Shown here: piece by piece, positions 41,787-51,453 of the stretch
Layout of the letters: every line of letters starts with the position of its first letter
How positions within the stretch are numbered: the first letter of the stretch is position 1
Source of the DNA: Octopus sinensis
Taxonomy: Eukaryota
Direction: 5' to 3'
Length of the DNA: 64,000 bases
Assembly: GCF_006345805.1 (NCBI RefSeq)
Contig: NC_043006.1
Location: forward strand, 81,406,001 to 81,470,000
Notes under the pieces: generated by a model
Database searches by the model: none
Told to the model about the DNA's origin: nothing
What the model saw: only the letters and a program-made list of their open reading frames with translations
Made by a program: the position numbers and the translations under genes

Positions 41787-42003
41787 TGTATGTGTTAGTG
41801 TGGGAATGTGCGAGTGTGTTTATGTATATACATGTTTATATACACATAATCAATGCATATGTGTCTGTGTATAGATACATACATAAATACGTATGTCTAT
41901 CTATCTAACTATATATATATATATATATATAAACTGTCCGACGATCGGGAACGTGAAACTCTGAATAACAGCTTTTGATATATTTCTCCTGCTCTTAAAT
42001 AAA

Positions 42004-42056
<53 letters not shown>

Positions 42057-42060
<4 letters not shown>

Positions 42061-42540
42061 GCAGACGGTATTTGAGGACACATTCATGGTTTTAAAAAAT
42101 CGCTTAATAACAGAAAAATAGCAGAAGAAACTGTATTTTTATAAAATAACATAACCATAAAGCTAAATAATCAAATTAATAATCCATTCAATAAAACCAC
42201 CATAAGCATCAATAACTGCCTCTACGCGGAGTCAAAATCATTATAAGCCCGGATTAAGTAGTTCTTGTCCAAATCGGACATGACTCGAACTATGCCGGCT
42301 TTCAAAACATTTTGGTGCTGACATTTTTCTCAACAATCCTTCATACATAGTAGTCCATTGAATTGAGATCTGGAGAATTAGGAAACCAAATGTTGGGTGT
42401 GATGTGATCATGCAAATTTTCGTAGAATCTTGTTGAAAGACATAAAGTATTCCATTGCATACACTGTTAATCCAAGACTTAACAACTTTATCCGAACCTC
42501 AATATACGCAGCAAGCCTAAGGCCTTGTCTAATATGTGAA
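42057..42540 (-). mobile_element. Tc1/mariner (maT-like) 3' fragment
   Basis: NLHDHITPNIWFPNSPDLNSMDYYV...IVEK on the minus strand. Terminus in (TA)n: TA|GGGTGCAGACGGTATTTG. Confidence 0.7.
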
Positions 42541-42713
42541 GGAAGATCTCTGTGATTAGGTAATCTGTAATTTCAGATGTACCCGAAAGTATCCTACGGA
42601 CTATTTTCGCATAACTGTAATTCCTGCTACTTTACTCCCCGACACTCATATGATGCAGGAATTTAACAATACTGTTAATAGTAGTGGCAATGACCGTTAT
42701 AATAATAATAATA

Positions 42714-43365
42714 GGGCCACAGCAAATATTCTGCTCAATACCACAGATTTGCTTGTCAGTTGTTTGACCTTAACCAGTTGACTATGTACCTTAGTGGCTC
42801 TCTGATCACGAGCAGTAGTGGGGGAGCATCATAGCCGTGCGTTGAAAGGAATTCTTAGAGGTTTTGATAATTCACCTTTGGAAACATTGGTGGTTCGTTC
42901 AACATCCTTAAACAATCCTTATCCAGGGACATTTTGAGTGGGATGGGCTACTCGACCAGAAGAAAATTCTAACTGGGCCCACCTGCAAGGTCATGTGCTG
43001 TTTATCTTGATATGAGATCATCCTGTCGCGCACATATGGTTGTGATGCATGCGCCTGGTGTACCCTTATCAGACGGGTAGTCATGATGGGTATACTGGGC
43101 TTTGTATATTATACCCCAGTGTCACTTTGATGGCATGCACTGCTCTCTCACACAATAATAATAAATATTCTGCTTGTTTGTCAGTTGTTTCACCTTAACC
43201 AGTTCAGCATATTCTTTGGTGGCTGACGATATGTGCTTCTCTGATCACGAACAGAAGTAGTGGGGGGGAATATTATAGCCATTTGTTGAGAGGAATTCTT
43301 CGGAGTTTGAATAATTCACCTCTGGAAACATGGTGTTTCATTCAACATCTTTAAACAACCCTTAT
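42714..43365. repeat. Two adjacent copies (one partial) of an (ATA)n-associated repeat
   Basis: AAATATTCTGC...TTGTCAGTTGTTT...AACAACCCTTAT occurs at about 42722-42925 and again at 43163-43365. The copies are separated and flanked by (ATA)n. Confidence 0.85.
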
Positions 43366-43755
43366 TTAAGGGTGAAGATGGTGTTGAAATCCAGTCTGAA
43401 TGCCAAAGATTTGATGACTGCAATGAATATCTGGGCAGTTGCGGTGGTCAGATATAGTGCGTCCATCCTCAAATGGACTAAGGAGGAAATATCAACACTG
43501 GATAGAAGGACGAGACAGTTGATGACGCTGCAGCCAAAAGATTGTGCTGACAAGTACCGCCCACATTTAAAAAAAAACCTTATCAATTTATATGTATGTG
43601 TTGTATTACATGAACATATTTCTCTACTGCTCCTGCCACTTCCCTTCTCCAAGCTTTAAGTCATGCTGTAACATTTCTTATCTGTCACTCGCCCTAGGAC
43701 GCTGAGTGTGACTTGGCGAGTGATTGTAACAAACATGTAGATTAGAAGTAAATAA
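43365..43755 (+). mobile_element. R4/Dong-like non-LTR deletion derivative (post-RT fragment and 3' end) ending in (TAA)n
   Basis: LRVKMVLKSSLNAKDLMTAMNIWAVAVVRYSASILKWTKEEISTLDRRTRQLMT. 3' stem TCACTCGCC (43685-43693) / GGCGAGTGA (43715-43723), followed by a long (TAA)n. Confidence 0.7.
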
Positions 43756-43760
43756 TAATT

Positions 43761-43842
<82 letters not shown>

Positions 43843-43854
43843 GGATGATGATGA

Positions 43855-44072
43855 TCTTTTCTACTAAAGGCACCAGACCTTTCGTTTACATCGACCCCCA
43901 AATGTATTTGGTCTGTCTTTACGTTCCGAGTTTAAATTCCGCCGATATTGACTTTGCATTTCATCCTTTCGGGGTCGATGAATTAAGTACCAGTTGCGTT
44001 CTGGGATCTATTTAATCGACTGGCCCCCTCCCCCAAAATTTCGGGCTCTGCACCTGAAGTAGAAAAGAATAT
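43855..44072 (+). mobile_element. SINE family A, tail type 2, head missing, with a small inverted tail fragment upstream
   Basis: TTTCATCCTTTCGGGGTCGATGAATTAAGTACCAG core and CCCCTCCCCCAAAATTTCGGGC tail. Confidence 0.75.
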
Positions 44073-44349
44073 TAACGCTAGTAATAATGGCTACAATAAT
44101 AATTCTGTTTGTAACGGTGTGGATATTTGTAGTGAATATTTGGTCATAATTCTAACTTACAATTGTAATAATAATGAAAACGAGCAAATTATTTCTCAGC
44201 ACCTGTAGAACATATTGTTGCTTATGATTTATCTTATTATAACCTTGGTAATATTAATTTCGATGGAGTGTCTAACGTTGATAATAATTTTAATGATACA
44301 GCTGTACGAATCATATAACACACTATACTCTAACCCCGGCGTCAACTTC

Positions 44350-44615
44350 CCTATGTGATTTTAGGTATAAAATTGAAGTCGAGCTAGATAACGGATACTT
44401 GAGCAAAGACATCGGGTATAAATATAATGTTAGAAACTAACGTACAAAAATTTGCGTGCATGGGTTCCACTTCTTTCAAACTAAGACTGCGTAATAAATC
44501 CTACACCTTTAGAAGGAGGGACAAGGCCAAATCAATATCGCTCGCTGCAAAAGTCTGGGAACTAAGGATCAAAGATGCTGGTTTCTATTTAACATTGATC
44601 ATTGTGAGACACGTT
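44350..44615 (+). mobile_element. Penelope-like GIY-YIG endonuclease fragment
   Basis: RYKIEV...CMGSTSFKLRLRN...TFRRRDKAKSISLAAKVWELR...FYLTLIIV resembles the PLE endonuclease region. Confidence 0.5.
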
Positions 44616-44659
44616 TAACTACTTGTTAGTGATATATTTGTAGTTTCTGCTGTATCCAG

Positions 44660-44820
44660 ATAATAGAAATACTGCTTTCAAATGTTGGCACCAGGCCAGC
44701 AATTTCGGGTTGAGAATAAGTCGATTTTACAACGACCTCTAGAGCTTCATTAATATTTTCGTTATCGACTCCGAAAGGATGAAAGGTAAAGTCGATCTCG
44801 GCGGAATAAGTATTAGAAGT
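44660..44820 (-). mobile_element. Degenerate SINE family A, tail type 3
   Basis: GAAAGGATGAAAGGTAAAGTCGA core on the plus strand. The tail matches the 21930 copy. Confidence 0.65.
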
Positions 44821-45840
44821 ATTAAAGTGCACAGTGAAGTTAACAGATCAAATGATCTGCATTCATTCTAAAGTACGAAAAGAATTTTCGTACTTTAAAC
44901 CAATTCCGTAAATTTCTTTTGAATACTCTACAGGAATCTGTGGACCTACAGTATAGACTTTATTATTAGTGACAGATCTCTACAATCATCTTTGTGTACT
45001 TACCACTATTATTGTTGTAACGGATCTTATTCAGCTACCCTTGTCCACTCTCGCTTAAGATTTTTAATAGATTTTTAATAGATACTGTGTATTATTTAAA
45101 ATTTACATTCTAATTCAAGCATTGGATTGTATTTATAATAACTGCATCGTCCTTCCTAATTACAATCATTTTAATTCGTTACAATGTGAATTCCATTAAG
45201 ATTCATTGTGATATGACCTCTATAACTTTTATGGTTATTTTCACATTTCCTTATTTAACTCTACAGAAATTTTAATCATTAGACAACGTTTTGACTAACT
45301 AATGAACTGCGTGGTTTTCCTGCTTATTTATCGGATTATTAGTTCTGATTATTTATTTTCCCAAGTAAAATCTGACCTTTCAATTGATAGATTATTTACA
45401 AATAATTAAATGATATTTAAATATTTCGCTATTCTACACAAATTCGAAAATTTGTGTATTTATAAATTTATACCGTCAAATTAACATAGATTATTAGATA
45501 TACAAATTTCATTATTCTAATGAGCACATTCCTTTATGTATTAATTCGTTTGCTTGTTTATACTGATCCGTCTTCCAGTAATAGTGTGAGTCAATTCTCT
45601 CTCTATTTTACCTCTCTATTTTTCCCTTTCTCTCTATTTTTCCTCTCTATTATTTCTTCTCATTCTCTCTAGTTTTATCTTTCTATTTCTCTGTACTTCA
45701 TTTATCATGTTTTGTTTTGTTGCTTCCTTCCCTTTCCCTCCCTATCCTTTTTCCTCTCCGTTTTTATCATAATTAATTAAGGAAATGAAAAGCTAATGCT
45801 GAATGTAAAATAGTATAGTAACAACAATTTTATTTTCGTA

Positions 45841-46241
45841 AAGCGTCCAGCTGGCAGAAACGTTAGCACGCTGGGCGAAATGCTTTGCGTTATTTCGTCT
45901 GCCGCTACGTTCTGAGTTCAAATTCTGCCGAGGTCGACTTTGCCTTTCATCCTTTCGGGGTCGATTAAATAAGTACCAGTTACGCACTGGGGTCGATATA
46001 ATCGACTTAATCCGTTTTTCTGTCCTTGTTTGTCCCCTCTGTGTTTAGCCCCTTGTGGGTAATAAAGAAATAGGTATTTCGTCTGTCTTTATGTTTTGAG
46101 TTCAAATTCCGCCGAGGTCGGTTTTTGCCTTTCATCCTTTCGGGGTCGATAAATTAACTACCAGTTGCATTCTGGGGTCGATCTAATCGACTGGCCCTCT
46201 CTCCAAAAATTTCGGGCCTTGTGCCTAGAGTAGGAAAGAAT
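45841..46241 (+). mobile_element. Head-to-tail SINE A pair (full tail-1 copy plus headless tail-2 copy)
   Basis: Junction AATAAAGAAATA|GGTATTTCGTC at 46072/46073. Confidence 0.88.
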
Positions 46242-47499
46242 AACTTTATTATCAACGATTGCCTTCGAACGGCAGGGGTTAATGTTTGCTTGGCGCCTGA
46301 GATTTAATATACTTGGATTTGTTCTGTCTCTACTCACGTTTATGGGTGAGGTTGCTAAGTGTATTATATTAATGATATTATCATGATAACCCCATCTGTT
46401 TTTATATTTACAACCTCGTTCGACTATCTTACTTCGATTAACAGCTCGGAGAGACATCTATCTTCAATTTCTTAAAGGTTAGCATTCTGATGAGGAATTT
46501 CCCTTGATAATCAGTTGATTTATCAACAAGTCGTTGGTCAATTATTTGCCTCCATTACCTGATGAGTTGGACATTATGTAACGTCTTACACAATCTAGCT
46601 AATTGTATTATGCTTACGTCAAAATAAGAACTGTTTATGAAACAACTGTTGCAATACCAGAAAACTCATACGTCTGTGTGAGTGTAAGTGTGTCTGTATG
46701 CGTGTGCCGTGAAGAATGCTTTAATACTTACTCGAATGAAAATCTAGAAATCGATTTTATAAGACAGTGAAATATCGAAATTTATTATACGAGACGATCT
46801 CATGGTCACACGGCAAAAGAAAGATAAGCAGAAGGAAGCCAATGATCTCTATGTGATAATAGTATCAAAGCACGAAGCATTTAATAGTTTCTGGTTCATA
46901 AACAGCACTTTGCGTGGTGGGTAATTGTTCTATCGATCCTAGAGTTACATCGAACACCGTACTTTGACTGGTACTATATTTATCAACCCCAGAGAAACTA
47001 AAGGAAAGGTTGATCTCAGCGATGAGATTTACTCTCAGAATACCGCAAAACATTCGTCTGCAAGGCTTACGAATTTTTCAATCCAATGCTGTTGTGAACA
47101 AAGCAAATGACATTACAGTCGATCTGTGTATTACAATTAAGGTATGCGCACTTCTATAGACTAGTTTCTACAGTATTTCTCCTGAGATAATTACTCTTAT
47201 AGACTTGCCGTATTATAAAATCAAAATGAATACCAGAGAGAGAGAGACGAAAATTTGTCTCAACGGCGACTAGCGAGAGGATCAGATGTATTTCTGTCAC
47301 TTAAGGTTTTTTCTACGGCACGAACTCGCAGTCAGGCGCATGCTCGGACGAAATGCTACATACTTGTCTCTGATCTAGAAAAAAGTGAGTAAAACAGTCA
47401 CTGATGTTAAGAATAGCTGGTTGTCTGATTAAAAATCCACTATACACAACTGAGAGTGTATAGGATTAAAATAGCTATCTATGCATTATACTTAATGTA

Positions 47500-47698
47500 C
47501 AGAGTCCGCCCAAAAAAAGGTATACACACTTCAAGGAAGGAAAAATTCGTTTGTATAAGTATCTCTATAAATATAGTTACCTCTTTCGATGTTTTATCAA
47601 ACTGCGATTACACTGAATAAATTGCGATAACACTGAATTAAAATATTTATACAGATTTTCATTTTCTTAAGTGTGTATACATTTTTTTGCGGACTTTG
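47500..47698. mobile_element. Tc1/mariner-type MITE (199 bp)
   Basis: TA|CAGAGTCCGCCCAAAAAAAGGTATACACACTTCAAG ... CTTAAGTGTGTATACATTTTTTTGCGGACTTTG|TA. Confidence 0.85.
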
Positions 47699-48656
47699 TA
47701 TACGCACTGTCGAAAGGCCAGTCAATGCGGTAGTCGTCCCAAGATAACCGCTCTTATGGACTTCAGAACTAATCACTCTGTAATGTAATATATAACAGCG
47801 GTTACCCGCCTCTCTGGCTAGTGATTAATACATAAAATCATGTTTCGTGTTTTCCTAATCAGAGGATCTTTCTTCCTCTTTTCTGTCTCAAATTTGTACT
47901 GAAGATCAGAATAGAGAAAAGCGAGACGTATCAGATCATCAAGAATGACGAGATAATCTAGCGAAACTTCGCGTACTGTTTGAGAAATGAAGAAACCTGC
48001 TGAACTCGTTTGACCAAGGAGAATTCAAACTAAATTAAGTTTGATCAATACGAATTATATAACCTTAAATTCATAAATCCCAGTAATTAACTTGGGAATC
48101 ATATTGCAGACCATCTAGAGAAAAAGTTCGAACAAAACAATTCAGTGTTAAGTGGTAATTAAATCAAAGTTATTTACCAGGCAGCACTGGAATGGTTTAG
48201 CGTGTATATTTATAAATGGATTAACACTGTTCCGGAGACTGATTCATTAACAGAAACCTTATTGTTAGCTTTGAAATCGTCTATATTTTGATGATCGATA
48301 AATACGTCTGATACCAATCAGACAGAAATGCGTAGAAAAATCAAAGAGATCGACACAGGAAATAAAATAATAATCAACAATTATGTAGCTTTTCTATTCT
48401 TATTTTATCTTTTAATTTGTATGGTTTCATATGATGGAGGACTCAAACGTACCAGGGTGGTTAACAATTTGACTTAACAACTAGGTGGTTCAGGTTTCGA
48501 CTCCAGTTCACTGTATCACTGGGAACTGTATTCCATTTTACACTCAGGTTGACCAATGTCTTATAAGTGGAATCTTGTTGACGGAAACTAATGTGCTGCC
48601 ACTCGGAGACATGCACGCACACATACATTCACACGCACACTCTCCCACGTACACAC

Positions 48657-48687
<31 letters not shown>

Positions 48688-48703
48688 AATGTATGTATGT
48701 ATG

Positions 48704-48876
48704 TTTTTTCTTTTACTCATTTATTTGTTACGGTCATTTAACTGCGGACATGCTGGAACACCGATTGAAAGGGATTTTAGTCGAAGAAATTGACCCTAGG
48801 ACTTATTTTTGTAAGTCTAGTACTTATTCTATCATTCTCTTACGCCATCATCGATTGTCAAGCTAGGAGACAAACA

Positions 48877-48919
<43 letters not shown>

Positions 48920-49066
48920 GACGGGTTTCTTTCCGTTTCTGTCTACCAAATCCACTAACAAGGCTTTAGTCAGCCTGAGGCTATAGTAGAAGACACTTGC
49001 TCAAGGTGTCACGCAGTGGGGACTGAACTCGGAGCCATGTGCTTGGGAAGCAAGTTTCTTACCATA
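48704..49066 (-). mobile_element. SINE family B
   Basis: Reverse-complement head and core (AGAAGACACTTGCTCAAGG...GGGACTGAAC). Confidence 0.8.
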
Positions 49067-49139
49067 CACATACACACACACATATGCATACATACATGCT
49101 TGCATGCATACATATATACAACCATATACACATACATAC

Positions 49140-49805
49140 ATGATGGCTGCCCCCTCGTTATCGAGTATGGCCATTGCACGAAGCTTAACTGTTATTGGTG
49201 CTGAGATCGAATGTGACTTTTATTTGCTTTTTAAGGCTACATCCAGCCATTCAGTTGAGACTCACAGCACTATCAACAATCATGAACAATGTTGTTATCG
49301 TGCAATGCCTGTGCAAGAAGATTTTTTTAAAGTGAGGAAAGGCTGTGCACTGAGTCAATCCCACTCACTAAGCAACAGCAGTCATAATCCGAAAAGAAGA
49401 ACGAGTCAACATCATCGGAAACCACTGAGCCGCAGGTTTTATGTCGGAGTTATCCTAGTTACCTGAGTTACCTTCTACTTGAATGATGCCCTGACAAAGG
49501 CTAGGAGTCCTTCACTCCCGATGGTTTAACCGCGCGATCGGGTATTCAGTCCAATTATTTCTATGTCCCCGAGCATGATACAGCCTTAAGCCTTAAAAAA
49601 AATACACATTTATTGGATGGCCGTTGACTCTCAAGAGTTCCTCCGCCCTTTGACAGGTTTTGTTTTTCATCTCGCATGGTGTCCGATAAACATCCTCCTC
49701 ACCAAGCAAGCTTGGTGGGTTGCCAGTTTAGACGCCAACGGCCCGACCATGCAACAGGTTGTACTGGTTTACATGTTACCAGTAGCACACGAAAGTGACC
49801 TGATG
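49140..49805. repeat. Probable retroelement untranslated fragments (RTE-like), unclassified
   Basis: Higher-GC, repeat-like segments bounded by (CATA)n. The assignment rests on recollection of RTE 5' regions only. Confidence 0.3.
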
Positions 49806-49954
49806 CATACATACATACATACATACATACATACATACATACATACATACATACATACATACATACATACATACATACATACATACACACACGTAGATAC
49901 ACTTCTGATTAACGTAGTGATTGCAATATTGATATGTCTTCTTCTTCTTCTTCT

Positions 49955-49987
49955 TAACATTATTATTATTATTATTATTATTATTAA

Positions 49988-50065
<78 letters not shown>

Positions 50066-50090
50066 TATTATTATTATTATTATTATTATA
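49955..50090. repeat. (ATT)n/(ATC)n microsatellite hosting the split SINE B
   Basis: Direct reading. (ATT)n resumes at 54374. Confidence 0.95.
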
Positions 50091-50128
50091 GGCGCAGGAG
50101 TGGCCGTGTGATAAGTAGCTTGCTAACC
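50091..50128 (+). mobile_element. 5' piece of a split SINE family B (tRNA head up to the target site)
   Basis: GGCGCAGGAGTGGCCGTGTGATAAG-TAGCTTGCTAACC matches the SINE B head at 14638. Confidence 0.85.
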
Positions 50129-51440
50129 TTGGCAGCGGTCCTTGGGGAGGCTGGCCTGGGCCCGACCTTTCGAGGTTGGATCGCTGCTTTGTATAGCGAC
50201 ATCGAGTCTGTCGTCAAGGTGAACGGTTTCTTTTCGAAGCCGTTCAGGATCGAGCGTTCAGTTCGTCAGGGGTGTCCCCTGTCCCCGGTTCTATATGTGT
50301 TGGCTCTTGAGCCTTTGCTGCGGAGGCTGGAGGCACTAGGGGGCGCACCGCATGATCTATGGTGTGGAAGAGGAGCTACGGCGTACGCGGATGACATCTC
50401 CATCATCGTGGCAGATGAAGGCCAGCTTCCAGTGGTGGAAGAGGCCATCAAAAGCTACGAGGCGGTGGAAGGAGCAAAGGTTAACAAGGGCAAGTCGGTC
50501 GGTTTGCAACTCGGCACCTGGAGGGGCAAGCCGATGCTGTCCAATAACGTCGTGGGGCGTTGGACGGAAGGTCCTGTTAACCTGCTCGGAGTCTGGATTG
50601 GTCAAGACTTCCAGATAGAGAAAAATTGGAGTGAAGTGGCCGGCAGGGTGACCGCTCTAACCCAGACCTGGTCTGGACGGGCGTTATCCCTGTTAGGGAG
50701 GGCGGAGGTGGTGCAGATGTTCATAGCATCAGTAATCATCTACCATCCGACCGTGGTGCCTTGCCCCGATTTGTGACTGAACAAGTAGGAGAGAATCCTT
50801 TTCCGCTTTTTGTGGAAAGGAGGAAAGCACCTTGTAAAGCGCTCTGTCTGCTGCCAGAAACCGCGAAAGGGTGGGCTAGGGATGCCTTGGCTGAAGGTGC
50901 GAAAACTCGCATTAAGGTTGAGGCATCTCTGGTTTTACCTGGATGGAGAGCAGGTGTGGTCACCGCACGTTCGTTTCTACCTTCCCCAGTTAACGTCCTT
51001 AATGGACACCGGTGCATGGATCAAGCGGAGACCTAAACTGGGGGAATGGCATTTGGAGTGCCATCAGGCACTCCAGCTACTCTCTCGGGCGTGCAACGCC
51101 GGCAACAGGAGTACCAGCGCGGATTTCTATAGCGGGTTAGCGGAATTTATGTCAGAAGACATCTTGGGGGAGACCCTGGGCTACGATGAAAATATGGCTT
51201 GCAAGCTGGGTATGTTTGGCACCAGGTAAGTGTGGCCGGATCAAGAAGTAAAGGTTCTAGCCAGATGGCTGGGTTCCTTACCCTACTATATAACATTAAA
51301 TTTGTAAACTTTCATTGAAATTTGTATCCATCATATTGTAAATTTTTAAAACGTTTTAAGCTACTCCACCCTATATGTTTGTCTGTTCTTGTATGTCCCC
51401 TCTATGTAACGTCTTAATGGCAAATTTTCATGAATTAAAG
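50129..51440 (+). mobile_element. Tx1-clade (L1 group) retrotransposon 1: 5'-truncated, internally deleted ORF2 plus 3' UTR
   Basis: SVRQGCPLSPVLYVLALEP, AYADD, GAKVNKGKS, LLGVW, LSLLGRAEV, FLWKG, KGGLGMP in one frame with two in-frame stops. The C-terminal zinc-finger region is missing. Ends ATGGCAAATTTTCATGAATTAAAG. Confidence 0.9.
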
Positions 51441-51453
51441 TAGTTTGCTAACC

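Noticed and set aside
47320-47390. Possible promoter or first exon (GGCGCATGCTC motif, AAAA|GTGAGT donor)
   Set aside because: Short motifs only. No ORF or credible downstream exon was found.
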